A model generated the notes under the pieces. That model did not search any database. It was not told where the DNA came from and saw only the letters and a list, made by a program, of their open reading frames with translations. A stretch of 63,895 nt of DNA, the filler included, from Octopus bimaculoides (lineage: Eukaryota): NCBI RefSeq assembly GCF_001194135.2. It is 6 parts of 6 records of this genome, joined end to end, with 100 filler letters (N's around TTAATTAATTAA, not from the genome) between each part and the next. Parts side by side here need not be neighbours in the genome. Positions count along the whole stretch, not along the records: positions 24,920 to 43,916 come from NC_069005.1; positions 44,017 to 59,960 come from NC_068981.1; 4 more parts are not named here. One strand, given 5' to 3'. The position numbers and the translations under genes were made by a program. Below are positions 36,240-49,808 of this stretch, one piece after another (the stretch's first letter is position 1; every line of letters begins with the position of its first letter).

Positions 36240-37244
36240 CTTTCCGTATTCCCGAGCGTCAAACTAATACATCCTTTTGTTATTTACACCACCTGTCCTC
36301 GTCTGTTGTTGTTTTTTCGTATATTCTCCCATATATATATATCTATATATATACGACTAGCTTCATTTTGTTTCCGTTTACCAAATCCACTCCTGAGGCT
36401 ATAGTAGAAGACACTTGCCCAAGGTGCCACGCGGAACCATGTGGTTGGCAAACAAACTTCTGACCACACAGCCACTCCGCTGTTATTGTTGTTTTTATTT
36501 TTTTATTTTTTTAATATTTTTAGTCTTTTTTTTTTTCCTCACAAACTGAAGCAACGGAAATTAGTTGACCGAAAAACTTGCTTAACGCAAAGCGAATTTA
36601 CAAATAACTGTTGTGTAAATAACTCTTACTAATCAATCATTTCAGAGAGCTCTACTTTCAAAAGCGACGAAGAATATTGTGAGTAAAGCTTAAAATAGAT
36701 ACAACGTTTGCATCTTTATGCATTATACATACATACAGATGTATATACATATATATGCGTGTGTGTANNNNNNNNNNNNNNNNNNNNNNNNNNNNNNNNN
36801 NNNNNNNNNNNNNNNNNNNNNNNNNNNNNNNNNNNNNNNNNNNNNNNNNNNNNNNNNNNNNNNNNNNNNNNNNNNNNNNNNNNNNNNNNNNNNNNNNNNN
36901 NNNNNNNNNNNNNNNNNNNNNNNNNNNNNNNNNNNNNNNNNNNNNNNNNNNNNNNNNNNNNNNNNNNNNNNNNNNNNNNNNNNNNNNNNNNNNNNNNNNN
37001 NNNNNNNNNNNNNNNNNNNNNNNNNNNNNNNNNNNNNNNNNNNNNNNNNNNNNNNNNNNNNNNNNNNNNNNNNNNNNNNNNNNNNNNNNNNNNNNNNNNN
37101 NNNNNNNNNNNNNNNNNNNNNNNNNNNNNNNNNNNNNNNNNNNNNNNNNNNNNNNNNNNNNNNNNNNNNNNNNNNNNNNNNNNGTACAATTGTTTCACAG
37201 TTAAGAGTACATAATACTCTATTCTGATCTTCTTGTGAAGGCTG

Positions 37245-37760
37245 TAAAACGTGTCCCGGGTATCATGAAGACCAAGTTCCCCCAAGCTGTGATGGTCTTT
37301 TGGTGTGTTTCCATTGATGGTGACATCATGTTGCCCCACATCTTGAAACCGGGCCTTAGGCTCAATTCAGACAGCTATGTGGACCTGCTGAAGACTGTGG
37401 TCAGACCCTAGCTGGGAGGCCGGAATTTGATCCTTTGTCTTCCAGAAAGAGTGAGAAGCTGTTATCGGAGGGTTTCTACAGCTTCCAATTTCTGGCATCC
37501 TAATTCCCTGCGACTGTAATCCTGTAGATTTTATCAATCTCCAAAGGATTGCTAAAATCCTATGGATTACAATGAGGTTCGGTTGAGAGGGAGACATCAA
37601 CCGCTTTGTCAGCAACAGAAGGGCCAAGCTTGTGGCCAAAATCAAGAAGGAGGTCGAAGATCTTTCCAGGCTCATAGTGAGGAACGCATACACCAGGTTT
37701 CGGGGCCTCCCTCAGTCTGTGGCAAAAGGTGAGGGAGGGGGCTACTTTGGATAAACTGTT
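37245..37760 (+). pseudogene. maT-like Tc1/mariner transposase 3' fragment
   Basis: KTKFPQAVMVF.....DGDIMLPHI and ...VAKIKKEVEDL...GGYFG* resemble the element at 7130-8456; many frameshifts. Confidence 0.6.
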
Positions 37761-38177
37761 ACCCCCGCCGACCATAATCCAGTTGATATATTTTTAATGT
37801 TTTTTTTTTGGATGGAATATTGTGTTTTCTTTCCCTTTCTATGTCAAATTTAGCCCCCCCCCCCNNNNNNNNNNNNNNNNNNNNNNNNNNNNNNNNNNNN
37901 NNNNNNNNNNNNNNNNNNNNNNNNNNNNNNNNNNNNNNNNNNNNNNNNNNNNNNNNNNNNNNNNNNNNNNNNNNNNNNNNNNNNNNNNNNNNNNNNNNNN
38001 NNNNNNNNNNNNNNNNNNNNNNNNNNNNNNNNNNNNNNNNNNNNNNNNNNNNNNNNNNNNNNNNNNNNNNNNNNNNNNNNNNNNNNNNNNNNNNNNNNNN
38101 NNNNNNNNNNNNNNNNNNNNNNNNNNNNNNNNNNNNNNGTAAGGTGGATGAGTGGATGGAGGGGTAAATGTTGCGGT

Positions 38178-38210
<33 letters not shown>

Positions 38211-38581
38211 TGTTGGTAACCATGGCAACTGAAGTAATAAATCTGTTTGATGTGAAGGTAATAGTTCTGGCAGAAACGTTCTTGAGGCTAAAGGCAACCT
38301 AATTGTAGAATGATGATGGTTAAGTGAAAGGAGAGAGGACATAGAGGGCGTTGTTAGAGTGGTTGGTAGGAGGATATAGGTGGCGTTGTTGTGAGGGTGA
38401 GCGGTGGGTGTTGGTGTTGTGTAATGATTTGGGGGGGGGGGGCTTCTTATGTCACATCTGATGAAAAATGGCGAGTTAGTCACAGACTTTCAACGAACCA
38501 GTCCTCGCTTCGCTAGATTTCTGACGGTATGAGCGGAAAGGGAGTATTTGTAATTCGGTGAAGAGCAAATATCCCAAAGGC

Positions 38582-39017
38582 GCAGGTATGGCTGTGTTGT
38601 AAGACGTTTGCTTCCCAACCACATGGTCTCGGGTTCAGTCCCGCAGCGTGGCGTTTTGGATAAGTGACTTCTATTGCCCCGGGTCGACCAAATCCTTGTG
38701 AGTAGATTTGGTTGACGGAAACTGAAAGAAGCCCGTCGTACACATACATATACACATACATACATACATACATACATACATACATACATACATACATACA
38801 TACATGTGTATGAGTGTATATACCTTATGCTTGAGTCTGTCCCCATCACATGACTATCGATGTTGGTTTGTTTACATCCTCGTAACTTAGCGGTTTAGCA
38901 AAAGAGTCAGATTGAAAAAATACCAGACTTTTAAAAAAAGTACTGGGGTCTATTCGACTAAAGTTTTCCAAGGCGGCGTCCCAGTATGGCCGCTGTCCAA
39001 TGACTGAAACATGTAAA
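38582..39017 (+). mobile_element. CORE-like tRNA SINE with internal (TACA)n
   Basis: Same family as 20085-20496. Confidence 0.8.
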
Positions 39018-39209
39018 AGCTAAAAAGTGAAGGATTTCCTTTGTAACTCACACAAGTTTCCCACCACTATCATCATCATCATCATCATCATCACCACCGT
39101 CGTCATCGTCATCGTCATCATCAGCAGCAGCAGCAGCATTGTAGACAACATCTGTTGCTGTTCTTCTGAAGCCCGAACAACAACAACAACGAAGGAACGA
39201 TCAAAGACA

Positions 39210-39960
39210 AAGAAAGAAAATGAATAAAAGACGAAGAGAATGAATAAAAACATGAAAGAATATGAAGAAATTAAATAATGAATGAATAAACGAGGAAAAT
39301 AATATGAAAGAATAAGTAGTGAATGAAAGGACAAGCGAATGAATAAATGTGAAAGAGTGAATAAATGAACGAAAGGATTACCGAATGAAGGAAAAAATGA
39401 ATGAAAGGATTCATTTATGTGAAGGAATTAATGTGAATGGGATTATAAATTAATAGAAATGTATTAACGAATGAACAAATGAAAGAATGAGAGAATAAGT
39501 CAATATGAATGAAAGAAAAATGAGTCAATAAATAAAATGATTGAGTAAGATAGTGTGAAAGAGTGAAATAATTGACGAATGAAGAACGAATGAAAAAATG
39601 AATTAATTAATGTGAAGGAATTAATATAAATAAATGAATGGATAAGAGAATGTATCGATGAAAGAATGAATCGATATGAATGAAAGAATGAGTAAATGAG
39701 ACAATACAAATGAATGAAGCCATACGAAGTATCTAACACGGGCAAACAAACGAAAGAATGGGAGAATGAAAGATTAAAGGAATGAAAACTAAGTGAAAGA
39801 ATAAGAGAATATAGAATTATAAAAAGAATAAACGAACGAAAGAATAAAAAAGATGAAATGGTATGAATAAACAAAAACAACTAACGGAATGGATGAATAA
39901 AAGTATAAACGAATGAAAATAATGAAAGAATATAAATGAAAGAAGGAACGAAAAGTGGAA
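39210..39960. repeat. Degenerate (GAAT/AAAT)n low-complexity tract
   Basis: Directly visible. Confidence 0.8.
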
Positions 39961-40106
39961 GGGATGCAGTTCATTTTTTAAGCTAACCTTCACGGATGGG
40001 ATCACTCGTACCCGTTATTCCGGAAACAGAGTAGAGTCGTTATTAAACTGTGTTCCACTGTCTCTGTTCTCGGGTTTTCTTTTCTTCTTCTTTTTTTAGT
40101 GTAGTA

Positions 40107-40146
<40 letters not shown>

Positions 40147-40271
40147 NNNNNNNNNNACACACACACAAACACACGCACGTACGCGCTCGCACACACACAT
40201 ATTCGCACAGCTAAAGAAACAAACACTAATATACGTTGACGCATGCGCCAAAGTTACTCAGAGACAAGCAC

Positions 40272-40312
<41 letters not shown>

Positions 40313-40474
40313 TATATATATATAAAGAAACACACACACACACGGACATATAGATATACACAAACATAGACAGATACACACACACAGACAAACGCGCACA
40401 TATATCTACCTGCATACACAGGCAAAAACAAACTCATGGCTCTTTACCACAGATACGCAGACACGTGCACATGA

Positions 40475-40510
<36 letters not shown>

Positions 40511-41554
40511 TAAAAGACCACGCAAACACTGATATACACAGATACATGCACTCACACACATACACACACAGAAGCAAAATCAAACACACGCATACATCAC
40601 ATATCCTGGCAGAAAGGCAAATACGCAAACATACATACATATGCACAAACACACACACACACACAAATACTTAGAGAAGTACACACACACACATATTACA
40701 GATACAGATAAACATAGGAACAAAGACGCACCCATAGACACAAACACTCACACACACACACACATTCACACACACAGAGCAGAAACCTATCACACATATA
40801 CTTACAGAGAAAGACTAATAAAACAAACATACGCACATACAGACACACACACACACACACATACACACGAACAAAGAAGCACAAACGCACACACTCAGAC
40901 ATACACACATATACACCACACATATATACACAAATACATAAGCAAACTACACACAGATACATATACCACACATACAAACACACACTCACACATACTGATA
41001 CAAACAGATACAGATGTACAGACACATGCAAACAGTAATCACGTGATCCATTATTCACGGTGTAGTCAATATTTTGTTGATCCGCCATTGATATAGAGAT
41101 CAAGATAGAAACATATTAAGACATTCGAAATGAAATAATTATTCCGGTCACATGAAGAAATTCGCTCATCATCTTACAAGAATTCTTTCACAATTATATT
41201 CCTCAAAGATAAGCTGCCTTTAAAGATAAGCTGGTTTTAACCAGATAACACCTTTGGTTCCTGAGTCCTGGTGTTTCACATACGCTGTTGTCATGGCTGA
41301 CAAAACGAAAATCGGAAAAACTGTTTCGAACTTGACAATTCTTTATGGCTTACATAAGATTATTTCCAGGATTAAGAAATTATATAAATTATAAATTACC
41401 TGGTTGCCGGTTGCGATAAGAATTTATTAGCTTTGGAAGTAATTTGCAAGATTATGGTTGGTTCTTTACTTAGATTCATAGCCATCATGTCTAGGAGACA
41501 GCTGTGGAAGACTGCCATATATATATTCATACATTTGGATATATATATATATAT

Positions 41555-41930
41555 ATGGGTAAAGGACGTCACCAACAGTAAACAACATGTAATATGAAAA
41601 CAAATGAGCTCAATACGCAAACAACGAGAGAAAGAAATGGAAAACAGGACAAGTAACGTAAAGAACGACCCTTCATCAGTTGTCGGTTGTCTACCTACTC
41701 CTCATTTCGAGCACTGAACGACAGTATGCGTCTTCGAAGACAGTTGCTTCCATAAGTACTAAAATAAGATTTGCGATTTATGGAGGGTCAAAGTTGGGAA
41801 CAAAAACAGGACAGCGGAGACATACAAGAAAACCGAACGAAAACAAACATGGAGGGTCGTTAGACCAGAACGAGGGTAAAATAGCGAACGTTGGAGAAAT
41901 ATTTTATTTGACAATAGAAAGATAGAAAAG
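41555..41930. mobile_element. Probable interspersed repeat (Penelope-like terminal region) next to (TA)n
   Basis: CpG-rich segment inserted at a TA microsatellite with TTTCGAGC...CTTCATCAG motifs; pattern-level only. Confidence 0.3.
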
Positions 41931-42522
41931 AGAGATAGGCTACGTCCAGTCCTTAGGACAGCCCTGAAAGAAAAAAAAAATGATCACGTGCGGAAAAGAA
42001 AGATGGACGATGGTCACGTGTAAGCAACGAGAGAGAAAGAGAGTAACGGAGAAAGAAGGGAAAGAGAGAGACAGATGGAAAGCGATGAAGGGGAGAAAAA
42101 ACGGAATTAGAGAAAGGATGAGAAAAAAACGAGAGGGGAAAAAAAAGTATAGAGTAGAGTCGCATCAAAAAGGTTAAGATAAACTTAGTTGGAAATGGAT
42201 GCGAGGCGTTCAATCAAATAATGTATTATCATTTGAGTGAATGCTACGCAAATCACATGGTTCTGGGTTCAGTGCCATTGTGTGGCACCTTAGGCAAGTG
42301 TCTTCTACTATAGCCTCAGACCGACCAAATCCTTGTAAGTGGATTTGGTAGACGGAAAACGGAAAGAAAGCCGTTGTATGTGTGCGTTTATGAATTTATC
42401 TATCTATTTATATATATACATATATACATGTTGACTCTCCTGTGCTAGACAACTATATATAAAAAGAAAACAGGATGAATGATATTGCTGCTTCAGGCAA
42501 GATGGTATATCGAAAAGGTTAA

Positions 42523-42744
42523 TCCTTTTGTTACTATGATTTTATTAAAATATATTGTCTTATTTTCAATAAATTTTCCAAATGACGAAAACTTTATACA
42601 AATAACTTTGTCATTATGAAAACTGGTGTTTAAAACATAAATTAACACGAAATTTAAAGGAAAGTTTTAATTTAGATCTCTTTAAAACCGGATGTTTGTA
42701 TCATAAGAGTAGGGTTGGTCGCAAGGAGGTTGGTATCAAAAGGA
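42523..42744. mobile_element. piggyBac-type MITE
   Basis: TTAA flanks at 42519-42522 and 42745-42748; TIRs TCCTTTTGTTACTA / TGGTATCAAAAGGA (12 of 14 match). Confidence 0.7.
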
Positions 42745-42931
42745 TTAAATGTTTAAATTAAAACCTTCTAGCGTTAAATTTGTAAGATGTTTCAAAGCCA
42801 AGCGATTGAATGCCACGGTTCAAGGACTGAGACGTTAATTGATCATTAACCATTTTAATGCCAACATCCACCTGAGACTGCCTCTAGGTCTGTGATTAAA
42901 AGTGGCTCATTTTACCATATTCCCATTGAAA

Positions 42932-43180
42932 TACAAGGTGTATTCCAGAAGTTTTGAGACTTTTTTTTTTAGGAGAAACATTTATTAGTTTGAAAGAAGT
43001 ACAAAACTCTAATCATCTTCAAAATAGGATCGTCTGACTTCAATGAATTTGTTGTAACATTTCGGCAACTTCATGAAGGCCCGTGGAAGTCCTCTAAATT
43101 GAAGGTGTCCAGAACGCTTGTCACAGCCTCCTTCATCTCCTTTCACTTGGGGAACAATCAAAAGTCACAGGGAGCAAGGA
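42932..43180 (-). pseudogene. Mariner transposase 3' fragment
   Basis: Minus-strand LAPCDF*LFPK...MKEAVTSVLDTFNLEDFHG...YNKFIEVRRSYFEDD*. Confidence 0.7.
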
Positions 43181-43882
43181 CCATGGTAGAAGATACTTTC
43201 CCTAGGTGCCACGCATTGGGACTGAACTCGGTCCCATGTAGTTAGAAGCAAGATCATTACCACACAACCACGCCTAAAGATAGGTTAACATTCAGCCACC
43301 AACCTCATGGTATAGATTAATTCGATTATGAGGTTTTCAGCTTAATCCAGATAGTAAGTTTATTTTTGTATGCATTTATAGCTGAAGTTCTGTGAAACTT
43401 ATAGCTTCCTGACTAATAGATTTCAGTGGGAAACTGTACGGCTCCAACAGGTGTGTAGCGTGTATGTGAACAAGCTTTGTGCATCTTATAATCAGTTGCC
43501 TGGGGATAGTTCGGGCGAAACTCTGATTTGCAGCGTGCAAAGACACATGCACGTACACATACACACGCACACATGCACGTACACATAAACACACACTCAC
43601 AGTGTGTGTGTGTATGTGTGTATTTACGTGTGTGTATATGTGTGTGCGTGTAAAACAAAGCGTGAGAGATGGTCAACACAATATTTAGTTGTACTCTCTT
43701 ACGTACGTTTCATTAACATAAGGTGATTATTAGTTGCATAAGCGCAAATTACATAATCAAGCTTCAATGTCAAATCGTCAGAGACGTGTAACTTTTAATT
43801 ATGACATTATTAGATAAATATTTTTATACATATATATTTACACACACACATACGCCAACATACTTATAAACACATACATACA

Positions 43883-43916
<34 letters not shown>

Positions 43917-45063
43917 NNNNNNNNNNNNNNNNNNNNNNNNNNNNNNNNNNNNNNNNNNNNTTAATTAATTAANNNNNNNNNNNNNNNNNNNNNNNNNNNN
44001 NNNNNNNNNNNNNNNNATATATATATATATATGTATATATATCAACCTTGGTCGGAATTAGAATACGAGTTGGATATTGTATTGTCAATGAACAGAAACG
44101 CGACTGTTGATGCACCAAGGTCCAATAAATTTCGTTATATGAATCCACGTCTTTCGTAATTGCCTTAAAGCCTTAAAGGTTCAATATAGAAGACACTAAT
44201 CAAAACAAACATCTAAAAAAAAAAAAAAAGAGGCCCATGTTAGAAGGGATAACGTAAGAAAATATGGACAGCAAACCACTATACTTCTCTTTGATAAATA
44301 ATCTGCCTTTTCTTATATAAAATATGATAATGGGGTCGTTTGTAAAATATGACTTATTGAAAGTGGGCGTTGAGCTATATAAAGACTAAGAACTACTACT
44401 ATAGGAACAGTCTACTACATGTCACATCACAAACGTTTGTGTCGTGTGGCTCCTGTGAGAAATTTTCTGCAAATTGCACAAACGCTATTTTCAATCTTCC
44501 AGAATTTGTTCTAGTTTCACAAGCAATAATCTCAAATTCTACCCCCACCCCACAAAAGAAAACAACAAAAAACACCGAAATAATATTAATTACTATAATG
44601 GCTCTTGTTCATATAAAACTGCTTATTAAAATTCAATGTCAACCATACTTTCGCACACTTATTAAATGACTCTCATTTCCTACATCTCATTCTCAAATAT
44701 TTACTCAACTATATGTCATATTTAGGCTGCATTTTTTTTTCTCATTATTCCCTGCACTCATCTTTCTAAAACAAATATCAATAAATTTTGAATATTCACA
44801 AGCCCAAATTTGTACAAGGGATGGGGAGAGTTATCTTTCACCGAATCTGCTCCGTTATTTTTACTGGTAATTATCGTATTGATCCAGAATGTGAAGGGGA
44901 GGGAACCGAAAAGAAAGTGTACTCTGAGTACTACAATTCAAATTAAACTCTCCTCTCTCCAACAAACCCCAACTTTCCAAACTAATAAATTAAATGTTGC
45001 GGTTACTTAAGCACGCCACCCTCTATAATACAAATTTTCAGTACTTTATTATTACTATTATTA

Positions 45064-45098
<35 letters not shown>

Positions 45099-45464
45099 TG
45101 TTGTTGTTGTTGTTGTAATTGTTTACTTTCGTTTTATGAAACGAATTTTAGTATTAATTTTAAACGAAAGCTTTATTTAGTATTTGATAGAATCTAGTCA
45201 ATCATAGCTGGTCATTGCGTGCATCAAGTACAGTCACCTGCATAAAAATATGTTAATTTCATGGGTATGCTTCGAGACAGCTTGTTGAATGACATTGTAC
45301 CAGAAACTATATAACATAGTGAAAATTAACAAGCTCCAACGCATTCAGTTTAAATGATACTGAATGGTAATAGAGTTAAAATGTTACATACTGAATTATT
45401 TATTCATGGCAAATATTTTCGATATTGGAAATACTTGATGATAATAACTTTCACATACCAATAA

Positions 45465-45870
45465 TAATAATCCTTTCTACTGGAAGCGCGAGGCCTCAAA
45501 TTTGGGGGAAGGGATTAAGTCGATTATATCGACCCCAGTGCGTAACTGGTATTGATTTTATCGACCTTGAAAGGATGAAAGGCAAAGTCGACTTCGGTGG
45601 AATTTGAACTTAGAACGTAGCGACAGACGAAATACCGTTAAGCATTTCGCCCGGCGTGCAACAATAATAATAATCCTTTCTACTATAGGCACAAGGCCTG
45701 AAATTTGGGAAGGGGAATAGTCGATTTCGTCGACCCAGTGTTTCACTGCTACTTAATTTATCGACCCCAAAACGATGAAAGGTAAAGTCGACCTCGGCGA
45801 AATTTGAACTCAGAACGTAGCGGCAGAAATATCGCTAAGGATTTCGCCCGACGTGCAACAATAATAATAA
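45465..45870 (-). mobile_element. Two tandem SINE copies joined at (ATA)n, CpGs retained
   Basis: Two direct repeats of TCCTTTCTACT...GGCCT.AAATTTGGG...GTCGAC...GAACGTAGCG...CCCG.CGTGCAAC. Confidence 0.8.
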
Positions 45871-46221
45871 TAATATTTTATGCCAATAAGTTGTATTATT
45901 TTGTATTATAAGGTTTCAAATTTTAACACAAGACCAGCAGAGTTAAGGGAACGGAGTGCTCAATTACATCGACCCCAGTACTTATCTGATACTTATTTTA
46001 TCGACCTCAGAAGTCGACCTCCGCGGAGTTTGAATTCAGAGCGTAAAGAGCCAGATGAAATGCTGCTAAATATTTTCGTCCAGCAACGCTAACGATTCTG
46101 ATAGTTTGCTGTCTTATATTTTAGCACTGTATACTAAATATAACAACAGAGTAATTAAATGTTTTGCAGTGTTGAATTGTGTCCCATTACATCTTGAGTT
46201 TAGAGCTAAACGAAGCGGTTA

Positions 46222-47205
46222 TTCACTTTCATCGACAGATCGAGAAATTAATTTTTTGTAACTAAACACTTTCAAACTTTGGACACTGGTAGAATGTGTT
46301 ATATTAAAACATCTTTTACGCTTAGCATTGTTGAGAAAAGTTTCTATTCACGAAGTTATTTCGTGTTTAAGTTGTCGTATTTTGGTAATTTCAACCATTC
46401 AATGATGTGTATTCAGCTGAATAAAATTACTGCTGTTGATTGTCAATAACAACTTCCGGCGGTGTATATTTCGTTTGTCACTGTTATTTATGACACATTT
46501 CATCTCAGTTACGTTCGTATGAATAAACGAGTGCATCTGAAGCACGTTTACTTTATGACACCACCATAATCATTCGTGCATTTCTACTGCTTTTTAGGGT
46601 TTTTTTTTTCCTGTTTTTCAGCTACTATTTTCGGAAAGACTTCCCCCTGTCCACCCCATTTTCTTGCAAGTTATTGTTTTTTTTTAAATTTTTTTTTTTT
46701 TTTGCTAAAAACCCAGCTTTTCGGATACGGAGATTCCGGAAAATTGCCAAAAATCTGAATTTTGACATTTTTTGGCCCCCTCCCTCCCCCTCCAGTTTCT
46801 TCATTTTTCACTTTTTTCCGTAACCGTAACCCTAAAATCCCAACCGTAACCCTAAAATCCTAACCCTAACCCTAAAACTTTAACCCTAACCCTAAAACCC
46901 TAAAGCTAAAACCAGTACAAACGTACGAACGATGTCATAAATAACAGTGACAAACGAAATATACACCGCCGATAGTTGTTGTCGACAAACAACGGTAGTA
47001 ATCTTATTCAGCTGAATACACGTCATTGATTGGTTGAAATTACCGAAATACGACAACTTTAACACGAAATAACTTCGTAAATAGAACCTTTTCTCAACAA
47101 CGCTAAGAGTAAAAGATGTTTTATATAACACATTCTTCCAGTATAAAAAGTTTCAAAGTGTTTAGTTACAAAAAATTAATTTCTCGATCTGCCGATGAAA
47201 GTGAA
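46222..47205. mobile_element. Foldback/MITE with ~275-bp TIRs and internal telomere-like (CCCTAA) repeats
   Basis: 46222-46498 is the inverse of 46932-47205; TAACCCTAACCCTAAAA array at 46820-46910; no clear TSD. Confidence 0.8.
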
Positions 47206-47393
47206 AAGATCCGAACGAAGTATCTGCTATATATGAGAGTTGATAGACGTTGTCCTGTAGGTATTCAGATCGTGTAGCAATGGCATAAATTAGTATTATA
47301 TGGGAAAATCTCGGCCTAATTAATTTCCATATATATATATATATATGTGTGTATCTATATATATGTATATGTATGTGTGTGCGTGTGTGTGTC

Positions 47394-47466
<73 letters not shown>

Positions 47467-47717
47467 NNNNNNNNNNNNNNNNNNNNNNNNNNNNNNNNNN
47501 NNNNNNNNNNNNNNNNNNNNNNNNNNNNNNNNNNNNNNNNNNNNNNNNNNNNNNNNNNNNNNNNNNNNNNNNNNNNNNNNNNNNNNNNNNNNNNNNNNNN
47601 NNNNNNNNNNNNNNNNNNNNNNNNNNNNNNNNNNNNNNNNNNNNNNNNNNNNNNNNNNNNNNNNNNNNNNNNNNNNNNNNNNNNNNNNNNNNNNNNNNNN
47701 NNNNNNNNNNNNNNNNN

Positions 47718-47763
<46 letters not shown>

Positions 47764-48893
47764 TTTGTAAATTTAGATAGAAATCGAAACTGTGCAGCCG
47801 ATAACGTTAGTCTGCGTGTGTAACAAAGGCAAACGATGTGCAAACAAACGGAAACCAGATGTCTGGCAAAGCAACCTTTTTCGAAAATGCATAGAACAAA
47901 AGATAGTGTGTGTGTGTGTGTGCGTGTGTGTGTGTATGCATATGTAAGTATATATATGTCAGTGCGTGTAATATATATATATATAACACAGAAAACAACT
48001 CTGCGAAAGCTTATATTATCAAAAGACGTAGTACATAATTGGTGTAGGATGGCCTGCCAAGTAATTATTCCTAATTAGTCCTGTTAAATGTATAAAATGT
48101 CAACGACTATTTGAAGTTTGACTTTATCCTAAGATTTAGATTAAACTAGATCGGCGTTACATGTCAAACCTGAACTAGCCGAGACATTCCATCAAACACA
48201 CCTCATCTTCCAAACAGATTTTATTTACTTGACGTTTAGTAAGGTGTCTTTGATAATTCTTCCCACAAGGCCTGAAATTTTAGGGGAGGAGGCTAGTCAA
48301 TTACATCGAACCCAGTACTTGACTGGTACATATTTTATCGACACCCCAAAAGAATGAAAGGCAGAATCGACTTCCGCGGCATTTGACCTTAGAACGCAAA
48401 AGGCCGAAAAGAAAAAGAAAAAAGCTAGTAAGCTTTTTGTCTGGCGTGATAATGATTCTTTGAGCCCGCCGTCTTGGTGTCCTTAATGAAAAATCCTGTA
48501 TCTCTAAGCTTTATCTGCTGAGGAAATCTACCTACTGAGCAAGGTGTCTATGGGTAATAACACAGTTTTCGGCACCAAGTTTTTTATTAATTGGGATTCT
48601 GTTGGGTGAATTAATTTTTAAAAGGACAAACAATTTCTAATGTTATTTTGAAATTCCCTCTTGCTTTCGATTGCAGTTTGTATTGCTCCAAGAGGTTTAC
48701 CTTTCATTAATATAAGTATTATTTCAAATTATTGTGCCGCTTATTATGTTACTGTTTGACTATTAGTTATCAAGGGAATATCTAACTATTGTTGGTCCAG
48801 TCCCCAAAGCTACAATTAAACGCACCGTGTGCTTCTTGAAGACTGACTGCATGATAAGAAGTGAACTTCTTACTTCTTATTGCGTCTACACAT

Positions 48894-48943
<50 letters not shown>

Positions 48944-49163
48944 TGCTGCTTTTGTATACACATACCGAGAAGAAAAGTTGCGGAATAGACGCTATTTTAA
49001 AGAGATACATTTTGTAATCGCCTGAAGAGACACATCTACACTGATGGAGACTCCAAAACCAATTGTTCAGTATCCTACCCGTGAGGGATCGATGCTAGAT
49101 GGGTCGGAGTAGTTGTAGTAATCAATAAACATTCTCGTATCTTCCATCTCTCATTCATCAAAT

Positions 49164-49201
<38 letters not shown>

Positions 49202-49770
49202 GAATTTTTGTGTATATATATATATATATATATATTTCCCCCTCACCGAAAGATGGACAATTATCCCCTCTGTCCACAATAATAACGATAACCAATTACC
49301 TCCCCTTAGATTTTGCTACTTGTTGAATCATTCATTTATAAACTTCACACACAACATGAACAAAAAAATTTTTCTCAAGAAAATACGTATTTAAATAAAT
49401 TTTAATATCATGATTAGTGAAAGCGAAACCGGGCGACAAACAATATAAGATATATTAAAACCATGTAAAGTGTGTGNNNNNNNNNNNNNNNNNNNNNNNN
49501 NNNNNNNNNNNNNNNNNNNNNNNNNNNNNNNNNNNNNNNNNNNNNNNNNNNNNNNNNNNNNNNNNNNNNNNNNNNNNNNNNNNNNNNNNNNNNNNNNNNN
49601 NNNNNNNNNNNNNNNNNNNNNNNNNNNNNNNNNNNNNNNNNNNNNNNNNNNNNNNNNNNNNNNNNNNNNNNNNNNNNNNNNNNNNNNNNNNNNNNNNNNN
49701 NNNNNNNNNNNNNNNNNNNNNNNNNNNNNNNNNNNNNNNNCTCGTATCTTCCATCTCTCATTCATCAAAT

Positions 49771-49808
<38 letters not shown>

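Noticed and set aside
41665-41730. CTGATGA and GAAA on the minus strand suggesting a type II hammerhead
   Set aside because: Stems I and III cannot be formed.
46820-46910. Telomere or chromosome-fusion relic
   Set aside because: Short, degenerate and enclosed by the TIRs of a foldback element.
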